Of a stretch of DNA of 64,000 nucleotides, positions 24,659-37,372 are shown one piece after another (within the stretch, counting starts at the first letter, position 1; each line of letters starts with the position of its first letter). The stretch is from Octopus vulgaris (Eukaryota). The position numbers were made by a program, and so were the translations under genes. Below the pieces are notes generated by a model, which saw only the letters and a list, made by a program, of their open reading frames with translations, was not told where the DNA came from and ran no database searches. The stretch spans positions 25,978,001 through 26,042,000 of the forward strand of contig OX597837.1 in the NCBI GenBank assembly GCA_951406725.2, given 5' to 3'.

Positions 24659-25265
24659 TAAAATTAATAATGATGATTATGATGATGATAGTAGTCATCA
24701 TCATCATCATCATCATCGTTTAACGTCCGCTTTCCATGCTAGCATGGTTTGGACAGTTCAACTGAGGTCTGGGAAGCCCGAAGGCTGCACCAGGCCAGTC
24801 AGATCTGGCGGTGTTTCTACAGCTGGATGCCCTTCCTAACGCCAACCACTCATATATATATATATATACTTTATTTAAAAGCAGCAGAAATTCAACAAAA
24901 CCTGTTACTCGGAGTTTCATGTTCCCGCTCGTCGGACAGTTTTGATGAACGGGAACGTGAAACTCCGAGTAACAGGTTTTGTTGAATTTCTGCTGCTTTT
25001 CAATAAAGCATATAACTCTACCCCTGGTATTTGAGTACTCTTTTTTTCCACCTTGTTTCACATTTATGTGTTTACTCCGGTATATATATATATGTGTGTG
25101 TGTGTGTATGTTTGTGTGTCTGAGTTTGTCCCCCCAACGTCGCTTGACAACCAATGCTGGTGTGTTTACGTCCCCATAACTTAGCGGTTCGGCAAAAGAG
25201 AAGACCAATATTTTGCTCAACTAAAGGCAGTGCTCCTGCATGGCCGCAGTCAAAATGACAAACAA
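24282..25265 (+). mobile_element. SINE family A split at its central (TA)n by several insertions
   Basis: 5' half 24282-24440, 3' half 25081-25265; intervening segments 24452-24625, family C tail 24696-24851, and hairpin element 24866-25080. Confidence 0.75.
24866..25080. mobile_element. Penelope-like pseudo-LTR remnant with inverted partial copy and hammerhead-like motif
   Basis: ~70-bp inverted arms 24866-24934 and 24944-25013; TGATGA-ACG-GGAA-CGT-GAAAC-TCCGAG-TA on plus; sits in (TA)n. Confidence 0.6.
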
Positions 25266-25479
25266 ATAAAATAAAAAAATAAAAAAAATGTGTGTCTTGT
25301 ACCATTGAGTTTCTATGTGTGTCTCAACTTGAGTCTATGAGTGTGTGTGAGTCTGACGTTGTGCCTAAGTTTGCTTCCCACCCAAGGTGCCATGCAGTGG
25401 GACTGAACCCGGAACCATGTGGTTGGTAAGCAAGCTACTTACCACACGGCCACTCCTGCACCTATAGATATAGTATCAC

Positions 25480-25795
25480 AGATATATGCACAAAAACATA
25501 TACACACATATATTAACAAAGACATAGATACACAGAAGCAGAAACATACATACCTACATACATACACACACACACACATACATACACACACACATACATA
25601 CACACACACACACACATGTGCACACAGATAGATACAGACATTTCTAGACACAAACACACACACCTATGCATTCACACAAATACACAGACACACACAGACA
25701 CACAGAGCCATATCTATGCACACAGACAAATACATATACAGACATATCTACACACACACACAGAGGCAGTTACATATGGACACACGCAGAAATAC

Positions 25796-25830
<35 letters not shown>

Positions 25831-26130
25831 TACACATACATGCACACACACACAGATACACATACACACACACACACACATACCTATGCATAAACACAAA
25901 TACACATACACACACACACACAGATACACATACACGCACACACACACACAGATACGCATACACACACACCTATGCATAAACACAAATACACATATACATA
26001 CACACACACACACAGATACACATACACACCTATGCATAAACACAAATACACATACACACACACACAGATACACATACACACACACCTATGCATAAACACA
26101 AATACACACACACACACACAGGTACACATG
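25480..26130. repeat. CA-rich compound repeat with ~50-bp higher-order unit
   Basis: CCTATGCATAAACACAAATACACATACACAC recurs several times. Confidence 0.9.
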
Positions 26131-26339
26131 CAGACATTCCTAATCAACAGAATCTTCTTGTTGATAATTAAGATTAACATGTAAAACACTGAATAATTAA
26201 AAGAAAACAGGTTGTAATTAGGAGAGGGGAGAGTCTGTGGTGTGGGAGGAAACTGTGAGGGTGGGGGACAGTAGGTGTGTGGGTGGGTAGGTGGGGGTGA
26301 ATAGAAAGTAATGGGGTGAAGGGATGTGGTGAAGACAGA

Positions 26340-26750
26340 GGGGTGAGGGGGAGAGATGAAAGAGAGAGGGAGAGAGAGGTTGAGGAGAGACTGAGACATA
26401 AAAGGGAAGTGAGAGTAAGAGGAGGAGTAAGAGTGAAAGGTCAAGGAGAGAATGAAGAGAGAGAGAGAGAAGGCAGAGTGAAAGGGAGTGAGAGTGAGTG
26501 AGAGAGAGAGAGTGAGAGAGAGAGAGAGAGAGAAGGTAGAGTGAAAGAGAGTGAGAGAAGGTAGAGTGAAAGGGAGTGAGAGTGAGAGAGAGAGAGAGAG
26601 AAAGTAGAGTGAAAGGGAGTGAGAGTGAGAGAGAAGGTAGAGTGAAAGAGAGTGAGAGTGAGAGAGAGAGAGAAGGTAGAGTAAAAGGGAGTGAGAAAGA
26701 GAGAGAAGGTAGAGTGAAAGGGAGTGAGAGTGAGAAAGAGAGAGAGCAAT
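26340..26750. repeat. GA-rich minisatellite
   Basis: GAGAAGGTAGAGTGAAAGGGAGTGAGAGTGAG-like units. Confidence 0.9.
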
Positions 26751-26954
26751 GATACGAGAGGGACCAGGATGGGGAAATGGGGCAAGAAGGATTGTCAGTG
26801 GTTGAAGGGTCCCCTGTTTCACTCCAGTACAGGTAACTCAAGTTGCAGGTGGAAAAAATGCAGGTGTGTGTGTGTGTGTATTTATATTAATTTTTTGTTT
26901 TTATTTTGGTTATAAATGAGGAGAAAAATCAAAACTTATGGCAAAGTACTCAAT

Positions 26955-27363
26955 AGGCGCAGGAGTGGCTGTGTGGTAAGTAGCTTGCTAACCAACCACA
27001 TGGTTCCGGGTTCAGTCCCACTGCGCGGCACCTTGGGCAAGTGTCTTCTACTATAGCCCCGGGCCGACCAATGCCTTGTGAGTGGATTTGGTAGACAGAA
27101 ACTGAAAGAAGCCTGTCGTATATATGTGTATATATATATATATATGTGTGTTTGTGTGTCTGTGTTTGTCCCCCTAGCATTGCTTGACAACCGATGCTGG
27201 TGTGTTTACGTCCCCGTCACTTAGCGGTTCGGCAAAAGAGACCGATAGAATAAGTACTGGGCTTACAAAAAGAATAAGTCCCGGGGTCAATTTGCTCGAC
27301 TAAAGGCGGTGCTCCAGCATGGCCGCAGTCAAATGACTGAAACAAGTAAAAGAGTAAAAAAGA
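26955..27363 (+). mobile_element. SINE family A, full length
   Basis: Family A head, body and tail. Confidence 0.9.
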
Positions 27364-27562
27364 ATACATAACTTCAAAGTGGATATGTTCACCTGGACTA
27401 CAGGCACACCTGCTACTCTATGCTGCACCCTATATTGCAGGTGCACTATGGCAACAGTTACTCTGTAACTGATGATGATGATGATGATGATAATGATAAG
27501 AAGGAATTTCCAACGTAGATTGGAAACCCTGGACTCACAGCAGAAATGGGTACTTGAACTAA

Positions 27563-28385
27563 TACTCTTTTACTTGTTTCAGTCATTTGACTGTGGCCAT
27601 ACTGGAGCATCCAGAACTTACACTTTGTAAGCCTGGTACTTATTCTATCGGTCTCCTTTGCCGAACCACTAAGTTATGGGGGACGTAAACACACCAGCAT
27701 TGGTTGTCAAGCAGTGTTGAGCGGACAAACACAGACATATATACACACACATACATACATATATATGACGGGCTTCTTTCAGTTTCCGTATACCAAACTT
27801 TCCTTTCTACTATAAGCATAAGGCCTGAAATTTGGGGGAGGGGATAATTGATTACATCAACCCCAGTACTAAACAGGTACTTATTTTATTGACCCTGAAA
27901 AGAGGAACGGCAAAGTTAACCTCAGTGGAATTTGAACTCAGAATGTGAAGTTGGACAAAATACTGCTAAGCATTTTGCCCGGTGTGTTAACAATTCTGCC
28001 AGCTTGCTGCCTTAATAATAATAATGATAGTTTCAAATTTTGCTACAAGGATAGCAATTTTTGCGGGGAGGGGACTAATCGACACTGAAAGGATAAAAAG
28101 CAAAGTTGACCTCGGTGGAATTTGAACTCAGAACGTAGTGACAGATGAAATACTGGTAAGCATTTCACCTGGTGTGCTAACGATTCTGCCATCTTGCCGC
28201 CTTAATAATGATCCTTTCTACTATAGGCTAAAGGCCTGGAATTTGATGGGAGGGGGTAGTTGATTACATCGACCCCGAAAGGATGAAAAGCAAAGTCGAC
28301 CTTGGTGGAATTTGGACTCAGAATGTAGTGACAGGCGAAATATCGTTAAACATTTTATCCAGGGTGCTAACGATTCTGCCAGCTC
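27563..28385 (-). mobile_element. Truncated family A copy followed by three head-to-tail family B copies with alternative tails
   Basis: Family A 27563-27797; B units at about 27800-28012, 28030-28203 and 28210-28385, separated by AAT repeats. Confidence 0.78.
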
Positions 28386-28706
28386 CTAGTAATAATAGTT
28401 TCTAATACTGGCATTTGTGGGTGGGGGGAGGGATGACAGTCAATTAGGTTAACACTGGTACTTGGCGGCCCTTGGACGTTATCTTATCAACCTCAGAAAA
28501 TTTAAAGAGAAATCCAATCTTAGTTTGATGAACTGAGGAAGTAAAGGAATTTAACTAACATAGCACTGAACATATTGTTCCCTGCTCTACCAATATTGAA
28601 AAACATAAGACAAGCGCCCCCCCCTCTACTACATTCATTGGATTGCAATTCTGCGCAAAGGACATCTTGTTTGTTTCAGTTTATTTGGTTGACAATAGGC
28701 TTCACT

Positions 28707-28970
28707 CATCACCATTTAGCGTCCGCTTTCCATGCTAGCATGGGTTGGACGGTTCAACTGGGGTCTGTGAAGCCAGAAGGCTGCATCAGGCCCAGTCTGA
28801 TCTGGCAGTGTTTCTACGGCTGGATGCCCTTCCTAACGCCAACCACTCCGTGAGTGTAGTGGGTGCTTTTTACGTGCCACCTGCACAGGTGCCAGACGGA
28901 GCTGGCAAGCGGCCACGAACGGATGGTGCTTTTACGTGCTACCAGCACGGGGGCCAGGCGAGGCTGGCAA
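28707..28970 (-). mobile_element. Family C retroposon, 5'-truncated
   Basis: Family C tail and body. Confidence 0.82.
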
Positions 28971-29362
28971 CGGACGAGCTTCACTGCTTCTTCATTTTTA
29001 AAGGTAACAATTTCAGATGTGTGATACATTTGAAATTATGTTTTTAATTGTTATGATTCATTAAGCATCTAATTAATTCCTGATTATATTTGGATTCTTT
29101 TACTTAATCTAAATACAGGGTTTAATAAAGTATAGCCACACAAATGCAACAATTCACATTTCTCTTGTATCCAGTTTAACAGCTGTATTTTTAGATTTAA
29201 TTAATGTGATATAGATTTAGTAAATTACATATTCAGGGAAAAACCTACAAGTTCAATAAGTGCCAATGCGCAAAATATTCGGCCCTTGAGTCATGCTGTT
29301 GCTTCTGAAGTATGAAGAGTTGTACATCCCCTATTTTTATTTTACTGTTATATACAGTATAT

Positions 29363-30019
29363 GCCCAGTGCATCCATGCTGCCAACAAAGCATGCAGAGT
29401 TCTGTTTTTGATTCGACGGTCATTCGGAATGCTCACTGCAGCCATATTCCTACCGCTCTATGTCACGCTGGTGAGACCCATATTGGAGTACGGGATTCAA
29501 GCCTCTTCCCCCTTATCTCCTCAAAGACATACAGCATCTCGAAAGAGTCCAGAAGCTGGCTACCCGCATGGTTCTTGGTTTCAAGCATTTGTCTTATGAA
29601 GAAAGGCTGAAGACGCTCGACCTTTATTCTCTAGAAAACGCCGCCGCCGTGGTGATCTCATTCTTGCTCACAACATCATAAGCGGAAAGTGTAACCTCTC
29701 GAAAGAGCTGTTCTTCACTCCTGCTCCAGAGCGTCGGCTGCGGGGTCACTCCGAAAAGCTCTATCTGTGACGATTTCATCTCAATTGAAGGAGAGGGGCT
29801 TTCTCTGTCCGGGTTGTGGATCTGTGGAATAAGCTGCCGGACAAGATAGTGAAGATGCCGACGACCGCTCGGTTCAAATTGTCTCTTGACCACAAATGGC
29901 CTGAACTCTTTGCATGAACACCCTCCCTGTACACAACTCCATGTCCCCCTACATGGCCTTGCTTTTTGCTTTTTGAGCCAAAAAATTAACTAACTAACTA
30001 ACTAACTAACTAAATTACA
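29363..30019 (+). mobile_element. CR1-clade LINE, 5'-truncated 3' end (RT C-terminal pseudogene plus 3' UTR)
   Basis: Translates, with frameshifts and stops, to LYVTLVRPILEY...LERVQKLATR...SYEERLKTLDLYSLE..RRRGDLI...LRGHS...FSVRVVDLWNKLP; (TAAC)n tail; 13-bp TSD ATATACAGTATAT (29350-29362 and 30020-30032). Confidence 0.92.
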
Positions 30020-30302
30020 ATATACAGTATATTACAATGGCCTATATGTGTTTCCACTGCAGTGACTGCACATTGTTGCAGATGCAACTTTGCAATATTG
30101 TTAGTGCAGTTTCATCAGTGTCTGTCCATTTGATCTTCTTCAAAGTGAATATGTGTAGGACACATGGAATTACCCAACAGGAGAATTTACCAGTGGCTAA
30201 CGATTTACTACAAGCACTGGCATTGGATACTGACTGTTGTGGTTAGCCAGCATATGAAACCAAGCAAAGAGCTAACACAGTATCCATCTGGATAATATAT
30301 CC

Positions 30303-30678
30303 CTCCTTTACTCTTTTACTGGTTTCAATCATTTGACTGTGGCCATGCTGGAGCACCGCCTTTAGTCGGGCAAATCAACTGCAGGACTTATTCTATCAGT
30401 CTCTTTTGCCGAACCGCTAAGTAACGGGGACATAAACACACCAGCATCGGTTGTCAAGCAATGCTAGGGGGACAAACACAAACATACATGCACACATATA
30501 TATATACATATATACGACGGGCTTCTTTCAGTTTCCGTCTACCAAATCCACTCGCAAGGCTTTGGTCGGCCCGAGGCTATAGTAGAAGACACTTGCCCAA
30601 GGTGCCACACAGTGGGACTGAACCCGGAACCATGTGGTTGGTAAGCAAGCTACTTACCACACAGCCACTCCTGCACCT
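30303..30678 (-). mobile_element. SINE family A
   Basis: Family A head, body and tail with a small internal deletion. Confidence 0.88.
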
Positions 30679-30884
30679 ATAGAATCATATATAATGGTGG
30701 GGCGGGGTATGTCATCGTCTTATGTGGCATGTTACACACCCACCAGTGACACCACCACCACCACCACCACAATCACTCTGCACTGCAACTATTTAACCAT
30801 CGCCACACCAATGTTGATGATAAACCCGATCCTTCCTGCTTTAATTTGTATCTAATCCCTTTCTCCTTTTACTGTCTTAGACAT

Positions 30885-31190
30885 TGATGATGATGGCATT
30901 GCTGCTGCTGATAATGATGATGATGGTGGTGTTGGTGACAGCAATGATGATGGTGATGGTGGTGATGATGATGAGGAGAGTGATGGCAGTGGTGATGATG
31001 AAGGTAACACTAGTATATATTGACACTTGTAGTAGTAGTAGTAGTAGTAGTAGTAGTAATGATGATGATGATAATGCTGCTGATGATAATGGGTTATGGT
31101 GGTGATGATTATGATGACGATGATGATGGCAGTGGTAATGATGAAGGTAACACTAGTATATATTGGCACTTGTAGTAGTAGTAGTAGTAT
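30885..31190. repeat. (GAT)n/(TAG)n low-complexity region with a ~60-bp duplication
   Basis: GATGAAGGTAACACTAGTATATATTG.CACTTGTAGTAG occurs at about 30997 and 31140. Confidence 0.85.
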
Positions 31191-31939
31191 TCAGATTTTG
31201 ATGGGGGATGAAGATGAAACCTAGAAGATAGAGACCCACTCAGTGCTTGAACCTCAAACCTTGTTGTTGAACTGTTAAGTTTGTTACACACACACACACA
31301 CACACACAAGCAAGTGACACATTTAAATTTTATTTTGCCAGGAGACCAAACTTCGGTAGTAGCACCCCACCCCCACACTCTCATCTTCACCGAGAGTGGT
31401 GACTGATTATCATTGACAATGATGATACAAAACCTAGCTAACACCCCCCCCCCCCCCGGGGGCCCACCCCACTCCACATCCCCCTCACCTTTCTCTCCCT
31501 GCCTGCTTTTACTCTCACCCCCCGCCGGGCCCCCTACCTCCACCCTGTTACAGACAACAGACAGATTAGGAGAAAGGTCAAACTACTTCCTCTCGACTCT
31601 TCTCCACCTCGCCACCCCACCCCACGCCACCACTCCCACCACCACCACCACCACCACCACCAACCACCCTGCCACCAATGCGATGAGGGTAAGTAATTTC
31701 TGAAGGTTCTGGAATCACCCACAATGAGATGAGAAAATTACAAACTTCCCTTGCTGCTCGGGCTGTACCGTTTCCAATACTAATGGAACTATATACGGAG
31801 GAGTGGTAGCAGCAGCAGCCGCAGCAGTAGCAGCAGCAGCCGCAGCAGTAGCAGCAGCAACATATTGATTAAGTGTTGAATTAATTACAGTTATAATGGC
31901 AAGGTAATCAACAAAATATTACACTGGGTTTCTGTGTGC

Positions 31940-32250
<311 letters not shown>

Positions 32251-32537
32251 ACTATCAACATCTTTTAACATCTGTTTTCCATGCTGGCATGGGTTGGACG
32301 TTTAGAGGAGTAGGGGCCGAAACCGGACGTGGTTCCTCCTGATGATGCCTTGAGCTAACTGGATCCTATAAAGGAGCTGTTGTGGTAGCAGACCACGAAA
32401 CACGGTTGTAATTCCCCTGTAAAATGGTTGGCATTAGGAAGGGCGTCCAGCCATAGAAACCATACCAAAGTAACCATTGGCCGCAGTCAAATGATTGAAA
32501 CAAGTAAAAGAATATAAATAAGCATTACATTTGACAG

Positions 32538-35500
32538 ATGGTAAGGAGGGTGAGAAAGGCAGAAGTGGTAGGCAACAGAACCAGAGGCAGACCTCGGTTT
32601 GTGTGGCTGGATAGAGTGGTAAGGAGGGTGAGAAAGGCAGAAGTGGTAGGCAACAGAACCAGAGGCAGACCTCGGTTTGTGTGGCTGGATAGTGTGGTAA
32701 GGAGGGTGAGAAAGGCAGAAGTGGTAGGCAGCAGAACCAGAGGCAGACCTCGGTTTGTGTGGCTGGATAGAGTGGTAAGGAGGGTGAGAAAGGCAGAAGT
32801 GGTAGGCAGCAGAACCAGAGGCAGACCTCGGTTTGTGTGGCTGGATAGAGTGGTAAGGAGGGTGAGAAAGGCAGAAGTGGTAGGCAGCAGAACCAGAGGC
32901 AGACCTCGGTTTGTGTGGCTGGATAGAGTGGTAAGGAGGGTGAGAAAGGCAGAAGTGGTAGGCAGCAGAACCAGAGGCAGACCTCGGTTTGTGTGGCTGG
33001 ATAGAGTGGTAAGGAGGGTGAGAAAGGCAGAAGTGGTAGGCAGCAGAACCAGAGGCAGACCTCGGTTTGTGTGGCTGGATAGAGTGGTAAGGAGGGTGAG
33101 AAAGGCAGAAGTGGTAGGCAGCAGAACCAGAGGCAGACCTCGGTTTGTGTGGCTGGATAGTGTGGTAAGGAGGGTGAGAAAGGCAGATGTGGTAGGCAAC
33201 AGAACCAGAGGCAGACCTCGGTTTGTGTGGCTGGATAGAGTGGTAAGGAGGGTGAGAAAGGCAGACGTGGTAGGCAGCAGAACCAGAGGCAGACCTCGGT
33301 TTGTGTGGCTGGATAGTGTGGTAAGGAGGGTGAGAAAGGCAGAAGTGGTAGGCAGCAGAACCAGAGGCAGACCTCGGTTTGTGTGGCTGGATAGAGTGGT
33401 AAGGAGGGTGAGAAAGGCAGAAGTGGTAGGCAACAGAACCAGAGGCAGACCTCAGTTTGTGTGGCTGGATAGAGTGGTAAGGAGGGTGAGAAAGGCAGAA
33501 GTGGTAGGCAACAGAACCAGAGGCAGACCTCAGTTTGTGTGGCTGGATAGAGTGGTAAGGAGGGTGAGAAAGGCAGAAGTGGTAGGCAACAGAACCAGAG
33601 GCAGACCTCAGTTTGTGTGGCTGGATAGAGTGGTAAGGAGGGTGAGAAAGGCAGAAGTGGTAGGCAACAGAACCAGAGGCAGACCTCGGTTTGTGTGGCT
33701 GGATAGAGTGGTAAGGAGGGTGAGAAAGGCAGAAGTGGTAGGCAACAGAACCAGAGGCAGACCTCGGTTTGTGTGGCTGGATAGTGTGGTAAGGAGGGTG
33801 AGAAAGGCAGACGTGGTAGGCAGCAGAACCAGAGGCAGACCTCGGTTTGTGTGGCTGGATAGTGTGGTAAGGAGGGTGAGAAAGGCAGATGTGGTAGGCA
33901 ACAGAACCAGAGGCAGACCTCGGTTTGTGTGGCTGGATAGAGTGGTAAGGAGGGTGAGAAAGGCAGAAGTGGTAGGCAACAGAACCAGAGGCAGACCTCA
34001 GTTTGTGTGGCTGGATAGTGTGGTAAGGAGGGTGAGAAAGGCAGAAGTGGTAGGCAGCAGAACCAGAGGCAGACCTCGGTTTGTGTGGCTGGATAGTGTG
34101 GTAAGGAGGGTGAGAAAGGCAGATGTGGTAGGCAACAGAACCAGAGGCAGACCTCGGTTTGTGTGGCTGGATAGTGTGGTAAGGAGGGTGAGAAAGGCAG
34201 AAGTGGTAGGCAGCAGAACCAGAGGCAGACCTCGGTTTGTGTGGCTGGATAGTGTGGTAAGGAGGGTGAGAAAGGCAGAAGTGGTAGGCAGCAGAACCAG
34301 AGGCAGACCTCGGTTTGTGTGGCTGGATAGTGTGGTAAGGAGGGTGAGAAAGGCAGACGTGGTAGGCAACAGAACCAGAGGCAGACCTCGGTTTGTGTGG
34401 CTGGATAGAGTGGTAAGGAGGGTGAGAAAGGCAGAAGTGGTAGGCAGCAGAACCAGAGGCAGACCTCGGTTTGTGTGGCTGGATAGAGTGGTAAGGAGGG
34501 TGAGAAAGGCAGAAGTGGTAGGCAACAGAACCAGAGGCAGACCTCAGTTTGTGTGGCTGGATAGAGTGGTAAGGAGGGTGAGAAAGGCAGAAGTGGTAGG
34601 CAACAGAACCAGAGGCAGACCTCGGTTTGTGTGGCTGGATAGAGTGGTAAGGAGGGTGAGAAAGGCAGACGTGGTAGGCAACAGAACCAGAGGCAGACCT
34701 CGGTTTGTGTGGCTGGATAGAGTGGTAAGGAGGGTGAGAAAGGCAGAAGTGGTAGGCAACAGAACCAGAGGCAGACCTCGGTTTGTGTGGCTGGATAGAG
34801 TGGTAAGGAGGGTGAGAAAGGCAGAAGTGGTAGGCAACAGAACCAGAGGCAGACCTCGGTTTGTGTGGCTGGATAGAGTGGTAAGGAGGGTGAGAAAGGC
34901 AGACGTGGTAGGCAGCAGAACCAGAGGCAGACCTCGGTTTGTGTGGCTGGATAGTGTGGTAAGGAGGGTGAGAAAGGCAGACGTGGTAGGCAACAGAACC
35001 AGAGGCAGACCTCGGTTTGTGTGGCTGGATAGTGTGGTAAGGAGGGTGAGAAAGGCAGAAGTGGTAGGCAGCAGAACCAGAGGCAGACCTCGGTTTGTGT
35101 GGCTGGATAGTGTGGTAAGGAGGGTGAGAAAGGCAGAAGTGGTAGGCAGCAGAACCAGAGGCAGACCTCGGTTTGTGTGGCTGGATAGTGTGGTAAGGAG
35201 GGTGAGAAAGTCAGACGTGGTAGGCAGCAGAACCAGAGGCAGACCTCGGTTTGTGTGGCTGGATAGTGTGGTAAGGAGGGTGAGAAAGGCAGACGTGGTA
35301 GGCAACAGAACCAGAGGCAGACCTCGGTTTGTGTGGCTGGATAGAGTGGTAAGGAGGGTGAGAAAGGCAGAAGTGGTAGGCAACAGAACCAGAGGCAGAC
35401 CTCGGTTTGTGTGGCTGGATAGAGTGGTAAGGAGGGTGAGAAAGGCAGACGTGGTAGGCAGCAGAACCAGAGGCAGACCTCGGTTTGTGTGGCTAGATAG

Positions 35501-35865
35501 AGTGGTAAGGAGGGTGAGGAAGCCAGAAGTGGTAGGCAGCAGAACCAGAGGCAGACCTCGGTTTGTGTGGCTGGATAGTGTGGTAAGGAGGGTGAGAAAG
35601 GCAGACGTGGTAGGCAGCAGAACCAGAGGCAGACCTCGGTTTGTGTGGCTGGATAGAGTGGTAAGGATGGTGAGAAAGGCAGAAGTGGTAGGCAGCAGAA
35701 CCAGAGGCAGACCTCGGTTTGTGTGGCTGGATAGAGTGGTAAGGAGGGTGAGAAAGGCAGACGTGGTAAGCAGCAGAACCAGAGGCAGACCTCGGTTTGC
35801 GTGGCTGGATAGAGTGAGGCAAGCTTTGGTAGTTAGAGGTGTTGGAGTGAGAGAGGCAAGAGAAT
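32538..35865 (+). repeat. 78-bp satellite, about 42 copies, derived from the C-terminal coding region of an RTE-clade LINE
   Basis: Unit encodes VVRRVRKAEVVGSRTRGRPRFVWLDR, containing the RTE G.R.RGRP...W.D motif; the last copy runs on into non-repeated VRQALVVRGVGVREARE. Confidence 0.9.
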
Positions 35866-36382
35866 TTATATGTGTGTGTATTTGTTTGGTTCTTCGCCTT
35901 GGTTACAGTTCATATAAATAATGATTTCAAATTTTAGCACAAGGCCAGCAAGTGCAAAGGAAGGAGGAAGTCAATTATATTGACTGGTACTTATTTTATC
36001 GACCCTGAAAGGATGAAGGGCAAAGTCAACCTCAATGGAATTTGAACTCAAAACAGTATGTATTAGAAAATCTAAGATGAATTTAATATAGTTAACCTAC
36101 AGTTTATAATTGCTACACTACAGAAACAAATGTAAATACGTCTCGTTAGAGACTATCTTGATGAGATTTAGGGTTGGTTAACTACATTTCAAAGGATGAG
36201 TACCTTCCATCCTTTGGCCCTTAATTAGAACTTGATAGTAGTCATTAGTTAAATCAAACACAAACCAGGATTTAATTGATGTGGCTGCACTAATTTGCAT
36301 ATGACACATCAGTTGCTAGCATAATTAAATTAAATAATTATACAGTTCGTGTTTGATTTAAATAGTGATTATAATCAAGTAC

Positions 36383-36631
36383 CTTGTGAAAGGTAGGAGA
36401 GTCCAGTTTGCTGGACATTGTTGTAGAGCTGAAAACGAGGCAATTTCTACCCTTCTCCTCTGGAAGCCATCTATTCGTGATACCAGAGGGCACACACTCT
36501 CCAACCCTGATGTAATCTCCAGGGATACAGGCATCCAGCAACAGGTCCTCTGTAATGCTATGATGGACTGTGAAGTCTGGCGTAGCATGGTAAATTCCAT
36601 TGTCTTGACCACGGTCGAACAATGATGATGA
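36383..36631 (+). mobile_element. RTE-clade LINE 3' fragment, single-copy form
   Basis: RRVQFAGHCCRAE..ISTLLLWKP...MMDCEVWRSMVNS..stop, then (GAT)n tail. Confidence 0.85.
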
Positions 36632-37372
36632 TAATCTTTCATGGACAGAAGGGTGAGAGGTACCTACCTTGTGAAAAGTGACGCTACCCTGGACATGAAA
36701 AATCTCAGGACAAGTTACTAATTTTATTGTGTGAAAAGAATGACAAAATATATTTACACCTGTTTATTTTCCACAGCATAGATATTATAAACTGTATACT
36801 AACTACAGTAAGTTTGTGTGTGTATGTACACTCCTATGTACTTGTGCTTATATATGCATGTATGTATGTATATATGAAACACACATACATGCATACACAG
36901 CCCAAGTCCAATTAATACAGTTGATTTGTTCTGCCAACTATCTGTGCTAACAGAGTAATACATAAAGATATGCAGTAATTGGTTGACGAACTTTCAAAAT
37001 AATTGGTTGAGTTATTAATATTTTTTTTTATTATCAATGCAACATAATATGAATAATAAAACAAGAATAAATATATTTTTACAATTCCATAATTTATTAG
37101 AGAGGAACCATTCTACTGTATTAGACATTAAGAAAGAGGAAGAAATATATTTTTACATATTTCTTTGAAAAATAACAACTCAAAGTCATTTCAGTTATGT
37201 TTTGGTATTTTACTCTTTCCTCTCAGAACATCTGCCAGCAGTAATGAAGTTCCTAGTTGAAGTTTTACCAAACTTGTATGCTTTGTTCAATGTGAAATAA
37301 TGGTTTAAAATTTGGCACAAAGCCAGCAATTTCAGTGAGAGGTTAAGTCAATTACACTGACCCTGGAGTTAA

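Noticed and set aside
32538-35816. CRISPR-like array interpretation of the long tandem repeats
   Set aside because: Units are contiguous and near-identical with no unique spacers, no cas genes, and a eukaryotic context.
32538-35921. 1127-aa ORF as a genuine protein-coding gene
   Set aside because: It is a 78-bp satellite whose unit happens to lack stops; a minus-strand frame is open too. There is no promoter, splice or expression evidence, so it is kept only as a hypothesis in findings.
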